DNA of 63,645 bases, filler included, from Octopus bimaculoides (taxonomy: Eukaryota): NCBI RefSeq assembly GCF_001194135.2. It is 8 parts of 8 records of this genome, joined end to end, with 100 filler letters (N's around TTAATTAATTAA, not from the genome) between each part and the next. Parts side by side here need not be neighbours in the genome. Positions count along the whole stretch, not along the records: positions 1 to 17,541 come from NC_068994.1; 7 more parts are not named here. The stretch is one strand, 5' to 3'. A program made the position numbers and the translations under genes. Each line of letters starts with the position of its first letter. Within the stretch, counting starts at the first letter, position 1. The notes beneath the pieces are model-generated. The model did no database searches. It saw only the letters and a list, made by a program, of their open reading frames with translations, and was not told the origin of the DNA. Of this stretch, positions 1-12,439 are shown one piece after another.

Positions 1-219
1 CTTCGAAGAATTATTAGTCGAATGAATCAACCCCAGTACTTCTTTTTTTAAAGCCTGATACTTATCCTATCGATCTCTTTGCCGAACCGCTATGTTACGG
101 GGACATAAACACACCAACAGCGGGTGTCAAACGGTGGTGGGGGACAAACACAGACACAAAGACACAAAAATATGTATATATATATACATATATATATGTA
201 CACACACACACACACACAC

Positions 220-256
<37 letters not shown>

Positions 257-370
257 GACGGGATCTTTTTCGGTTTCCGTTTACCAAATTCACTCACACG
301 GATTTAGTCAGCCCGAGGCAATAAAAGAAGACACTTGCCCAAGGTGCTACGTAGCGGGACTGAACTCGGT
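1..370 (-). mobile_element. SINE family E copy (tRNA-like head, CORE-like segment, central microsatellite, 3' body); truncated at window edge
   Basis: Shares GCCGAACCGCTA..GTTACGGGGAC..AAACACACC, (CA)n(TA)n and GAAGACACTTGCCCAAGGTGC..CGTAGCGGGACTGAAC blocks with copies at 3.6, 19, 41, 42.3-42.9, 47.2, 59.9 and 62 kb. Confidence 0.85.
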
Positions 371-574
371 TGGGATTTAATGAAATGTTTTTGACACCAA
401 CCCATATATTGAATTCTTTTCATGCTGAATGTTATCATCATCATCATTTTTTGCTTTATTTTATTGTAATTTCTAGCTTCAATTTTGTGTGTATATACAT
501 ACACAAACCCATTCAAGTATGTATGCGCGCGCGTCGAAGGTGGGGTATCTAAGGCTATCTGAAATATAATAGCC

Positions 575-715
575 TGTGTGAACTACACTGTTTAATATTT
601 CAACACCGCTCACTAAACTACCCATAGAAGGATATAACTTTCAAAATTAATTATTTTCAGTCGTCGTCTTTTGTTTAGGGCAGCGCAAAACGTGCAGCGT
701 CTGTCACGGTGCATG
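575..715. repeat. Unclassified dispersed repeat, copy 1 (direct copy at about 1478-1610)
   Basis: TTCAACAC..ACCCATAGA..TAACTT..TCTTTTGTTTAGGGC.G.GCAA..CGTGCAGC recurs about 900 bp downstream with moderate divergence. Confidence 0.6.
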
Positions 716-992
716 ACACACCTTTCAAACAATTTCTTTTGTCAATCCGGATCTTGTGACGTGGCAGTTCTGTTACTGTAGGATATGGATCTAGATGTAA
801 ACACTATCTTCCTGAACCCATAAGCCCAGATGGTAAGTCGGTAATCCTGGAAATAAAGAGCAAAAGTGGATGGTGGAGCCTTCAGACTTGTGATAGTTGA
901 GGCCACGACAAAAACTAACCGGCTTACCCCACTAAGAGACATTTCTATAAATATGATTACCTCATAGAGACCTACTATTATTAAAAAGAAAT

Positions 993-1187
993 AGGGCGGC
1001 GAGTTGTCAGGACCTTTAGCACGTTGGGCGAAATGCTTGGCGGCATTTCGTCCGTATTTACGTTGAATTCAAATTCCGGCGAGGTCAACTTCGTCTTTTA
1101 TCCTTTCGGGGTCGATAAATAAAGTACCAGTTGAGCACTCTAACCTTTCTCCCCCGCAATTGATGTCCTTGTACCAAAATTTGAAAC
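993..1187 (+). mobile_element. SINE family C (tRNA-like head plus GAGGTCGACTTTGCCTTTCATCCTTTCGGGGTCGATAAA core)
   Basis: AGGGCGGCGAG..TTAGCACG..GCGAAATGCTT..TTCAAATTCCGGCGAGGTCAAC..GGGGTCGATAAAT..AAGTACCAG; near-identical copies at 16.6, 45.5 and 63.4 kb. Confidence 0.85.
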
Positions 1188-2879
1188 TGTTAATAAGCAA
1201 AAATAAAGAGTGTCTGGGACTTCAAATTTTTGAAGGGAGTGATTCAACAGTCTGACAAACCACTGCCGGTAAAAATTCGAAATCATAGTCACTTTGTATT
1301 CGTTTAATAAAATATTTAGACTCCCCTCATGCATTGAGTTCTTTGTAATTTGAATGTTACTCATGTTTTTATTTTATTCATAAAACACCTTTAATTATAG
1401 GCGTATATGTGTGTGTGCGCGCGTGTCAATGTATGTTTGTTGTCTGTTCCTCAGTGTGTATGAATTATACCACGCCATGTGAATTATACTGTATTACATT
1501 TCAACACTATTCACAACACCCATAGACGGGTGTAACTTCCAGAATTTATTATCTTCAGTTGTCATCTTTTGTTTAGGGCGGTGCAACGTGCAGCACGTAT
1601 CACAATGTATATTGTTTTGTCACTGCGACTTCCGAAATCAGATATATATTTTCCCCTAATCACATGTCCATGAAAAAAGCATTATGGTAATTTAGTGTTG
1701 GTTGTATAAAACGTCCGCTCCATGACTTTATGTGACTTTATAGCTCATAGCTTGATGTGATTACTTTGTACTGTTCTGATAAGTCAAAGTTATTTGAGTG
1801 AAAAAAATTAAAACATCATGGTTCCAAGCAAGAGGTGTGGGTTCAAATTCAATCGGTTATTTATTTTTCTCTGATGTTTTCTTACGTTTGTAGCACTTTA
1901 AATATATATATTCAATCCGAGATTAATCTACAAAATAGTCAATCAAGGTAGTGTTTCCGCTTTTTCTCATCAACTGAATTTCAGTGAATTAGCCAGGCTC
2001 GGTCCCAAAATGTAAGAGAAAGAAACATGCAGTGCGTGAGAATCAACTAAATCATTTGCTGTTATTTCTAAACGAATGTAAAATGAATGAGTGAGAGAAA
2101 AAGACAAGAGCTTTTCTTACAGACAAATTTTCTCATAAAATGCAAACGACTAGTTTTATTTAATGAATACACCTCCACTTTCTAACCTGGGAATCTTATC
2201 ATGGACCATTCCTTTTTCTCGGTTGTCTATTCTTCTTCTTTTTTTTTACTTTAGTAATATACGAAAGAAGTCAAGCCTGTCAGCCTATTTTTTATATTGT
2301 TTAACTTTATTATATTATTCTTTTATATTTAAAAGCAGTAAATTTTATAGAGAAATAAGAGTTATGCAAATAGGAAACTGAAGTGGATAGTATAGAAAAG
2401 TAAGCATAATAATTGTTTTCAAAATACCGCCTACATGTATAGGCTTACTGTCTGATCTAACTAGAATATCAAGATAATTAGCATCTAGTGCTTACTTGAG
2501 GAAAACTCGAACTGGAATAATTTCTATAGCATTTAAACATTAAATTTGTTCGGTGTTTAAGCAGTTACAAGAAGGATGATAGTTCTAACTTCGATTTCTT
2601 AGCTAATTCATTCTGATATTTGCCTTTCTTAAATAATTTTCCAATACTGACGGTTACAATGCTCTTGGAAAGAATGGTTCGTCACAGCCTCTCAATCTGT
2701 GCTCCATTAAGAGTTGCTGACGCAAAGGATTTTTCACTTTTTTTTAAAGAAAACATTCCGTATTTCCACATGAACGTGGAGTAAGTATTGGAATGGCAAG
2801 TCGACAAGATTGATTAAAACTAAGGTTAATGCTTGAGTAATGACTAATATTTTTTTAAATATGGTTTGATTTGGAAGAA

Positions 2880-3805
2880 GGGAGCGCAGTAGCTTTGGAC
2901 TTCATAGGCCCTCCGATTGATAGTGAAACAGGTAGGGTTGATGTCCCTTTTGAACTACAGGAAAACATGAAGAGTGGAAATAATTCAGAGTAGACATTCT
3001 GGATACATAAAATTAGAAATAGTGGTTAATGCGATGCTTAGGTGAGAGAAAGAGAGAGAAGTGAATCAGATTGGCTTGGGTAGTTGTAGAATGAGGCCAG
3101 TCAGCTGTGAGATGTAGAGGATTATTATAGTGTCATTAGTAAAGGCAGGGTAGGGAGACAGCACGTCTCTAGTCCTGAGTTTGGAGGGTTTGGTGAGTGA
3201 CTCTCTGTCGCAGAGTCAGGCAGATTTTTATGTATAAAATAGAAGGACCGTCCCAGATATGGAAACTTTAATCCAGTGTGTGTTTTACATTGAATAGGAG
3301 ATATCCATTGACTCGAATGTGGAAGGTTAAGCTTTACATGTACATTTTTCTATGTTTCAGATGTGAGATTGCCCACAGAAATCATCAATAACTTTGAAAC
3401 CTAGCATTTGTCGTAACTTCGAAGGATTTTGTTACATATTGTCCATGACTTGATGGGAGCGTACCAGATTATTTTGGTGATACGTGTAGTCCTGTAGTCC
3501 TGGTTGATGTGACACCATTGTCGCATGTTTTCGATGTTTCTCTTCACTGAAAAAATACAGGTTTGGTGTGAAGTATTTACTCTTTTACTCTTTTACTTGT
3601 TTCAGTCATTTGACTGCGGCCATGCTGGAGCACCACCTTTAGTCGAGCAAATCGACCCCAGGACTTATTCTTTTGTAAGCCTAGTACTTATTCTATCGGT
3701 CTCTTTTTGCCGAACCGTTAAGTTACGGGGACGTAAACGCACCAGCATCGGTTGTCAAGCGATGGTGGGGGGACAAACACAGACACACAAACACACATAC
3801 ATACC

Positions 3806-3868
<63 letters not shown>

Positions 3869-3870
3869 AT

Positions 3871-3929
<59 letters not shown>

Positions 3930-4358
3930 TATAGATAGATAGATAGATAGATAAAATATTAACGAAATGTTTGCATGGCAGGTTAGGGAGGAGAAAAGGT
4001 TAGTATCATCAGAATAGGAGCTGCTGTTCTAGTTGCTGTTAGAAGCGACAGCAAATAGTTGATTTATAGGAGGAAGAAAAAGCTTAGGATACACCAGTGT
4101 AGGCCGGAGAGAGCTCATTTAGTATATATGATGTGTTAGTGTGATCTGTCATTGGCATCCGATCGAAGAGACGAGAAGCAAATGCATTCCAAAGAGAGAC
4201 AGTTTTATTTGGACAATTGCATCCCAGATATTGTCCAATACTGTGTTGATATCAAATGCAACAACAATTTTCTCCAAATTTTTTAAGGGTGACTCTCCCT
4301 CTGGTGAGTGATATAGGAGAGAAAATTCCAGTTTTAATAACTACCGTCCTGGTGATTA
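2880..4358 (-). mobile_element. 3' half of a decayed APE-RT LINE (RT domains and C-terminus); continues at 7722-9130
   Basis: Minus strand gives degenerate RT motifs (HQDG; AFDINTVLDNIW resembling ALDISKAFDRVW; YSDDTNLFSSL; SHIWDG); many stops and frameshifts; interrupted by a SINE at 3578-3955. Confidence 0.75.
3578..3955 (-). mobile_element. SINE family E 3' half with (TA)n(TG)n(GATA)n expansion, inserted in the LINE
   Basis: TACTCTTT tail, ACTTGTTTCAGTCATTTGACTGCGGCCATGCTGGAGCACC body, followed by compound microsatellite. Confidence 0.9.
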
Positions 4359-4525
4359 CGCTGGACAACAACAAAAAATTTTTGTTTGGTGCCTGGAATA
4401 TTTCAATGAATTCATAACTGATTTTGCCTGCTAAATTCAAAAATGACTTCAGTTTTTCTGCATCAGGTCTAGTTTTCTGACTTGACCTGATAGAGTAAGT
4501 ATTTTATTCATACAAAAGGCATATA

Positions 4526-5722
4526 TTAGGTTGTCAAGAAAGTTCTTGCGGAATTTTTAATTTTAGTTTTAAATGATGTATTTTCAAATTAATTTTCGTT
4601 GAATTACTCTGACTTCATATATCATTTTAAAGCCCATTTTTCGCTCTATCTAATCATGTTACACTTTTCCTTTTTGAATAATTCGGCTATTTTTTCAGGA
4701 ACGTTGAATACAACATGGACAAAAAGCAAATTCGCACAATTTTCTTATTCCAATTTAAGCTCGGCCGAAAAGCTGCTGAAGCAGCTCGCGATATCAACGA
4801 TGCGTTTGGCCCAGGAACCACTAATGAGCATACAGCATAACGGTGGTTCAACAAATTTCGTAGCGGTGACTAGAGTCTTGAAGATGATAAGCGTAGTGGT
4901 TGGCCATCGGATGTTGACAACGATCAACTAAGAACTTTAGTCGAAGCCAATCCACGCACAACTGTTCGNNNNNNNNNNNNNNNNNNNNNNNNNNNNNNNN
5001 NNNNNNNNNNNNNNNNNNNNNNNNNNNNNNNNNNNNNNNNNNNNNNNNNNNNNNNNNNNNNNNNNNNNNNNNNNNNNNNNNNNNNNNNNNNNNNNNNNNN
5101 NNNNNNNNNNNNNNNNNNNNNNNNNNNNNNNNNNNNNNNNNNNNNNNNNNNNNNNNNNNNNNNNNNNNNNNNNNNNNNNNNNNNNNNNNNNNNNNNNNNN
5201 NNNNNNNNNNNNNNNNNNNNNNNNNNNNNNNNNNNNNNNNNNNNNNNNNNNNNNNNNNNNNNNNNNNNNNNNNNNAGCAAATGGATGAAATGCATAAGAA
5301 ACTCCAACAACAGCCAGCATTGGTCAATAGAAAAGGACCAATTCTTCTCCACGACAACGCTCGGTGCACGTCGCACAACTGACCTTACAGAAGTTGAACG
5401 AATTGGGCGACGAAACTCTAACTCATCCACCATACTCACCAGACCACTCGCCTACCGACTACCACTTTTTCAAGCATCTCGGCAACTTCCTGCGTGAGAA
5501 ATGCTTCAAAAACCAAGACGATGTCAAACACGCCTTCAACGACTTCATCGCCACCAGAACGCAGGATTTTTACGCTACTGGCATAAATTAACTTGTTTCG
5601 CGTTGGAAAAAGTGCGTTGATTCTGATGGTGTTTATTTCGATTAATAAAGTTTTGTTTGGGCCGAGATATGTGCATCTGAATTTAAAGGTTAAAATCCAC
5701 AAGAACTTTCTTGACAACCTAA
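4526..5722 (+). mobile_element. Mariner transposon (Hsmar1/cecropia-like), both TIRs, nested in the Chapaev3 3' region
   Basis: TIRs TTAGGTTGTCAAGAAAGTTCTTG / CAAGAACTTTCTTGACAACCTAA, flanked by TA at 4524-25 and 5723-24; assembly gap 4969-5275. Confidence 0.95.
4715..5645 (+). pseudogene. Mariner transposase pseudogene
   Basis: MDKKQIRTIFLFQFKLGRKAAEAARDINDAFGPGTTNE..SLEDDKRSG..; LLHDNAR; HPPYSPDHSPTDYHFFKHL..FYATGIN*LVSRWKKCVDSDGVYFD*; internal stops. Confidence 0.92.
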
Positions 5723-5823
5723 TAGTATGAATCAATAAAGAGAGCGTAACACAAAACAAAACGAAGTACAAAAGAAAATTCAAAATCGAAAATGCATATT
5801 GGTTAAGATTTTTGGCAGAAAAT

Positions 5824-7480
5824 TCAAGGAATAAATTTACGCTTCGTTGTGCGTCGTAAATGTTGAGCAACAGGTGTATCTCGTTTTAAACACCAGCAAT
5901 AGTCTGCCATCATCACAGCGTCCCAATGTCCTTGGTGCCGAGTTTCCATCTCTTTGATGCCCTGATGGAATCGTTCGCCTTGTTCATCGCTAACATCTCC
6001 GAGATTTTCAGGAAAACAATCAAGATGACTAAAATGGTAATATTGTTTGATGCTCATATTCGCGCCAATATCACGAAAAATTGATATCAAGTTGGTAACA
6101 AGGTCTTTATAGTTTTCACTTTGTTTCCCAAGGAAATTTTGCACTACATCTGCAAAGTCTAGCTAAGCTGATGTTTCCTTTTCGCTCGTTACTTTCACGA
6201 AATTTGTGTCCTTCGAGAGCTTACGGATCTGTGGTCCATCAAATATCGCTGCTTTAAGTTTTTTAATCGACAAGTTTGTAAATACACTGCAGATATACTT
6301 GAAGCACTCCCCAGTTTTCTCAAGAGATTTGATGAATTGCTTGATCAATCCGAGTTTGATGTGCAAAAGGGGGAAACATGATCTTATCTCGCTCAACTAA
6401 AGATTCTTCCAATATATTAGCAGCTCTACATGGAGCCATATTTGTTCGAGGCAGCCAGTCTTTCTTAACATAGTGGTTTCCTTGGTCTCTACTGTCACAC
6501 ATGCAAAGAAAGCACGGGTATTTGATATAACCAGATTGCTATCCCATGAGAAAATTCACCATCTTTAAGTCAATGCAGATGACCCATTTATGGTCATAGT
6601 ACAGTAACTTCTCTAAAATCAACATAATTTCTTCATGTTTTTCCTTCAGAGCTTTTGAGTGGCCGAGTGGGACAGAGCCATACACGTTTTCGTTGTGCAA
6701 CGATACACATTTTAAACTACGCTTAGAGCTGTCTATGAAAAGACGCCAGTCCTCTGATTTGTATTCCTCAATGCCAAGTTTATTAAGAAGCCTACTGACA
6801 TCTCTGCAGTAAACCAGCTCTTCTTCCTCTTTTGTGAAAAAATAAAGGAACTCTACTTGCTGACTCCGATAAAATGTTATACGGACACACTCTCTAGAAG
6901 ATTTTTCTCTTTCAGTCGAGAAACCAACAGTTCTGCAGAATTTTTTGGGAGGTTCATGTCACGAACTAGATCATTCAACTCTACCTAGGAGAATAGCTGA
7001 GGTAAAGTCTCATCTGAAAAGTCTTGATCTCTAGTGTCTTCTTCAGGTGATGAATCTTCTTTGGTTGAGGGTAAAGTTATCTGAGGCAAGACATTGAAGA
7101 CAGGAAACTTTTCACCATGTGGAACCGATTAGGATACACAAGTGCTTGTCGACTTTTCTGGCTAATACCCTTCAAATTTAGATTACAAAAATAGCAGTCG
7201 TCCACGTGATTATAGGGCTCCCGCCATACAGTTGGTATAGTAACCTTCGTACTTTTCCTTGTCCCTTTCGTCCATTGTCACAAATGTTCTGTACATTGCT
7301 TTCAGACATTATGCGATGCCCAATATTTATTTTGGTCTCCCAGCTTGACCCCAAAATATGCTATATACGTCTTTTAACAAAATCAGTGATGTTTTTTCGA
7401 TTTTCAAGTAATGTGTATTCTCCACAAACATAACAAAACACATTTGGAGAATTAGCTCAACATTTTTTTGAAGAGGACAT
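5824..7480 (-). pseudogene. Chapaev3-type transposase pseudogene
   Basis: N-terminal FCYVCGEY..NITDFVK..VWREPYNHVDDCYFC; central LHIKLGLIKQFIKSL..IFDGPQIRKL; C-terminal HFSHLDCFPENLGDVSDEQGERFHQ..MMADYCW; broken by stops and frameshifts. Confidence 0.85.
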
Positions 7481-7721
7481 CTTGCTCATTTTCTATTGCT
7501 TAGTTCACCGCAACATCTAAAAAGTACGAAAAAAGAAAAAAAACATAGAATTAGAATAAGGTAATGAACATTGCGTACTGGACGTACACACATACATCGT
7601 GACTATAGGGATGTTCAATAACTTAAAAAATGGATCTGATAGGTCTATTAGGATTCAAGAGACCGATTTTGTATAGGAATGATGTCTATTTCCTAAACAC
7701 CAAAAACCTTGTAGACCAGTG

Positions 7722-9130
7722 TTATTGAAGAAAGAGGAGGAGGGATTCATGGTGTTGAAGAAGGTGGTTGATGACAACTGCCTTTGCTACCTTTAAGACG
7801 TTGGAAGTGGATGTGATGGACCGTAGTTAGAAACAATACACACTGTAGCGTATTTTTAAATATCATGATATATCTCTCTATATAGAGACTGAAGAGTTTG
7901 CGAGTGTTCTATCATTAGGGCACATTGTCTTAGGTTACTAGAAGGGACACTGTCGAATCTGACAACCTTGTTGGTTTAAAATGGTCGGAGATGCTTTTAT
8001 GCTTGATGCGTATGTGTACGAAGTTATGAAGATGATTGAATAGACTGGACGACTTCTGAAAGAGTTTTACCGACTGTATGTAGTGTGAAATTGGATGCAA
8101 AGTGTGCTGCAAATGTTGAAGCTTTCTTTACTGGAAAACTGTACTGAGCCATCACGATCGAGGATTGTAGGATAGGTTGACACCGAAAATCAGTAGAAAT
8201 CTTTTTAATAAATGACCAAAAGGAACGGCTAGATTTGAAAGGAAGTAGAACATGTGGGTTGTGCAATGGATGAAGACATACTTCGGATTTCGGATCCTGC
8301 CAGAATAAATTTCATGTTTGTAGGGGCTGTTGATTTTTTTCCAAGCCGTGTTCTCTTCCTGTACTGCATCACCTCTCTACAAGCACACTACATCTCGGAC
8401 TTACAGTGACGTATGTGTATGAGATATATTGGTACATGTCTAAGAAATATTTCGGTCACCTTGTCTCCGAAAGATCAGGAGTGAAGTACATATACTGTCA
8501 GGCCTGTTTAACGTTGAAAAAGCATAAATCCATAAATCCAGTAAATCTACATCAAGTGTCATAGAATCTGGTAGCTGGAGATATTCTGCAGCGAGTGTAG
8601 TGCATAGTCGCGATAAAGTAGTGTTTGAACATAGCGATAGGTGAAGAAAGGTTTAGCATGGTAGAAGCTGGATATGAAAGTGAGAAAATCACCAAGAGTG
8701 ATTTATGCCGATCAAGACGCATGTATAGGATTAAAGTTGTCGTTGTAGAGAGTAAAAGATCTGGTTTCGGTACCAGTAGTATTAAGTGCCAAGAAGAGTG
8801 GTAAACTCTGAAATAACCGAGGACGACGATTTTAGACATGAGTAAAATGAAATACTATCCTCAATACATAAAGAGCAATGACGATTGTTTGTTGGTGGTG
8901 ACTGGTGATCAGAGATCGGTAAAGGCAGAACATGCATTTGTAGGTGAGGAAATGATAGTGGTGAAGCGGAGAGCTATACACTGATACGAGGCTGGAAAGC
9001 AGAGCTGAAACACATCAGTCGATGCTGGTCAAGCGAATTAACAAGGCTGTTTGAGACTTTACAGCATAGAAATACGTCCCATTTTGCTGAACTTATAAAA
9101 TGTCTACAGGGTTAAGGTTGAGTCTCTTGT
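7722..9130 (-). mobile_element. 5' half of the same APE-RT LINE (endonuclease, linker, start of RT)
   Basis: KIVVLGYFRVYHSSW (resembling ILGDFNVHHSSW, APE domain), SSRSFWSFIKKI, KASTFAAHFASNFTL; sequence rejoins 4358 across the TTA TSD as FNNHQDG. Confidence 0.75.
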
Positions 9131-9249
9131 TGGTCACGTAGACAGTTTTGTGTCATCCAAATGTAGTGGGTTCTGCAGGAGTGGGAGAACCTCGTGAAGG
9201 GAATGACAAGTGATGGTAAGTATTCTAGTAATGCTAATATAACAAAGCA

Positions 9250-10460
9250 TCGAAAATCACAACCACTGTAGCTAACGGGATACGTGATTTGTTGTAATGC
9301 GGTACCACTAAACAGGGCGTTATATATCTCATATGCACTACGCTGGACAGAATCTTTTGTTCTTGAGTCCTGGTGTCTGATTGTAATACAGAGTACTGGA
9401 AATTATTCAGCAGTTTGGACTTGGCAAAACAGTTCTTTAAGAGACAGAAGGATGTGCACTAGTAAAACGCAGTCTGCACTCGAGTTCCTGTAGTTTGAGT
9501 TCAGCAACCGATAGAACTGCGGGCAAAACGACCAGTGAAACAAGATTGAGGACTTATCCTTTCGAAGCCACCTGCACTTGATGAAATGTCAATCGCATGT
9601 ATCTGACCGTAGCGTCGAAACTGTCTGTCATATAGTTGGCAGATGTGGCATCAGACTTGAACACTTTGACCTCAAGTTCAGTTCTCAACAAATTTGAGTA
9701 ACGGTTAATTTCGGCATGCCCACCTAATGTCTCATCATCTGAGTACCACAAATTAAAAGATACTAGATTAAAAGATACTGTCTTAAATACCAAGCGAAAA
9801 GAGAAGAAAACTTGATGGTTTTTTTCTGTTGCACACCGATGAAGGGTGACTGGAGACCCATAAGAGAAATAGACCAATAGGTAGGCGGATGAGTCTCAGA
9901 AAAGCAGACTTCCAGCATGTGGTCTTGTATGCAGTTGAAGATATTCATCCGACCAGCTTTCATAATGAGACGTCGAGAGGCTTTTTCTCCGGACTGGTGT
10001 GGATTCTTCAATGAATTGTCTCGCAGTGCGGACTTCGTCCTCACAAATGCTTGCGACACCAACACTATGTAGCACACAGATCAGTTGTTTTTCCAGTGAT
10101 TGCTTCCACTACGAGCCTCCTGGATATATTGCCAAGAATTAAGGGGTATATACCACTATCCTTCTTCCCCAGCGTAGTCGATTTGACCGGAAAGATTTTG
10201 CGAGCGTGGTAGATGAGACTCATTAATAGTTCTGTTGGTAAGCCCCACAATGAACCTTAGCAGATGCTCACTGGCTTTTGCAGTATAGAATAACACCAAG
10301 TCTTTAATGTAGCCAGGTTAGAGACTACGCTACTATTTACGAGTAAAGATTGTATCACAGATTTAATGTCTGATCGGAAGTCACGTACGGGGCTTGCACA
10401 TGGATCGGAATGATTGGACCAGATAATAATCAATACTTCCTCGGCGGTATAAAGCACAGA
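9250..10460 (-). pseudogene. Reverse transcriptase relic of a CRE-like (early-branching, RLE-type) non-LTR retrotransposon
   Basis: KKDSGIYPLILGNISRRLV (resembling KKDGGIRPIAVGNTLRRLV), FNCIQDHMLEVCFS, YGSP, WYSDDETLGG (resembling WYLDDGTLGG); heavily decayed. Confidence 0.6.
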
Positions 10461-10694
10461 TCCAAAGCAATTTTTCTAACGGTAGCTCAGACATCGCCTT
10501 CGCTGAGTTTTTAGTTTACGCACTCATGTAAACTTTTGAAACAATGTATGTGGGGGAGGATGGTGGGCACATACTCAACAACGGATGTCTTTGACTGTGC
10601 ATATTTTCGATGTGGAAACACAAACAAGAATAAGTATCTTCATGAATTGCTTTGTAGTCGATTTTTATAATTTAGTATATGTTTTCCTGTTTTA

Positions 10695-11607
10695 CGAGGT
10701 GGTGCCAAAAGGTTCCCGGACTATGTCTGTAACACACCAACAGATGGCAGTACACGGTTGCGCGCACAGTGAGGGCTAGCAGTGATCTTCATGAGGCAAT
10801 GTGCCAAGTGACATCACTGTGTTTGCTTCGCAAGTAGTGAAATTTATGTTTTTGTAATCACGTTCATGCTGTAGTCCGCGATTTTGTAGTGGGCAGGAAC
10901 AAAGACCCAACGGGAAATTTTGCGTTAAACTTGGTAAGTCTGCTACAGAGACATCGAGCATGCTTCAGCAAGCTTACGACGATGCAGCAATGGGTCGTAC
11001 GCGATATTTCAAATGGCATGGGTGCTTCAAATGTGGAAGAACGTCCCTGGAAGACGATGAACGATCTGGAAGACCTGCCACGAATGTCACCTCCGGAAAT
11101 GAGGTATTGTGCGTCTAGAATTCGTCCCCCAGGACCAGACCATCAATCGAGACTTCTATTGCAGCGTTTTGAAGCGTTTGATGGAGGACATTCGGTGAAA
11201 GAGAACGGAGCGCGAAGAACTGGATTCTTTACGACGACAATGCACCTTGTCTCCGAGTTCCCCTCACTCATGTGTTTCTCTCCAAAAACAACATGGTATC
11301 GCTTCTGTACCCGCCCTTTTTCGCCAGATTTAGCACCTGCGGACTGCCATCTCTTCCCCAAGATAAAAATGTAGCTTAAAGATCACCGTTTTAATACCAT
11401 TACCGAGATCCAGAGCGAATCACAAAAGATCCTCGACTCGATTACGGAAAACGACCTCTAGGCCGGATCCCAAAAGTGACAGGAACCCTGAGGCCGATGT
11501 ATTGCCGCGCAAGGTGACTATTTCGAAGGAAATGATGTTAAAACTTAGGTAACTAAGTTGTTTTTTATTAAACATATCTAGTCCTGGAATTTTTTGATAC
11601 CACCTCA
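10695..11607 (+). mobile_element. Second mariner (different lineage), internally deleted and non-autonomous
   Basis: TIRs CGAGGTGGTGCCAAAAGGTTCCCGGACT / AGTCCTGGAATTTTTTGATACCACCTCA with TA flanks; frames give KFCVKLGKSATET..SLEDDERSGRP joined to PFSPDLAPADCHLFPKIK and QGDYFEG. Confidence 0.92.
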
Positions 11608-12439
11608 TATAAGAAGTTTTGTTTTGGCAGCAAAACGACGGTGAGTTCACCCTGTGTAATATTCTGACAATTCTGTGTTTTGTAAACGTCGATGGCGCCA
11701 AGACGTTTACTCCGCATGCAATGAATCTGGCATGTGTGACAATACTAAAATAGTAATTAATTAATATTTTTTAAAAAATAGGAAAATTGTAACTTAACAA
11801 AACTACCGTGTTTTCATCCTCAAAACGTTTAGGCTTTTTACGCCCCTTGCAAATTTAGCACATCACTTCGTGGACTTCATGCAGATGATTCTCAAGGAAT
11901 AAAATCAAGGATTTCTTCGTTATCTTGTAATTCTGTCATTTTGTTTTGCAGATTTTATATAACTACTTCTCAAAGACCAAACCCATCACCATTATGCGTA
12001 TTTGCAGAATCAGTATTAACCTTTGCACTAGGTTTTCTAACTGTAGTTGAATCTCAACTGCCATCAATTCCGAAAGAATGGTCAACGTTGTTAACTCATA
12101 AAGTATTTTTCTGACAAGTACTTCTTATCTTGCTTTATGCATAACTTTATCCAATACTGCCTTATACATTTTTGCCTTCTTCACAGAATTAATTGTTTAT
12201 TCATTAATTTTGTAACTGATAACTTATAGTCACCCGAGGCACCTCAATGATTAAATGCAATTTATTTATGCAGTTGAGAAAATGCCTTGCCTTGAATCAA
12301 AATGGTAGAGTGCTTTTATAGTTTGTTTAGCCTTTAAAATGCAATCTATTAGATACAAGCCTATAAGTGGGTATCTCTATCAGTCTGTTTGATACTAAAG
12401 GTCTTCTGTTTGATACTAAAGTGGATGGTACTCTAAAAC

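Larger units (their letters stand above)
4359..7721 (-). mobile_element. Chapaev3-type (CMC superfamily) DNA transposon, apparently with both ends
   Basis: Right end ..CCTTGTAGACCAGTG (7721), left end CGCTGGACAACAA..TTTGGTG (4359) as degenerate TIR; TTA on both flanks (4356-4358, 7722-7724), matching a 3-bp TWA TSD; internal transposase relic. Confidence 0.8.
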
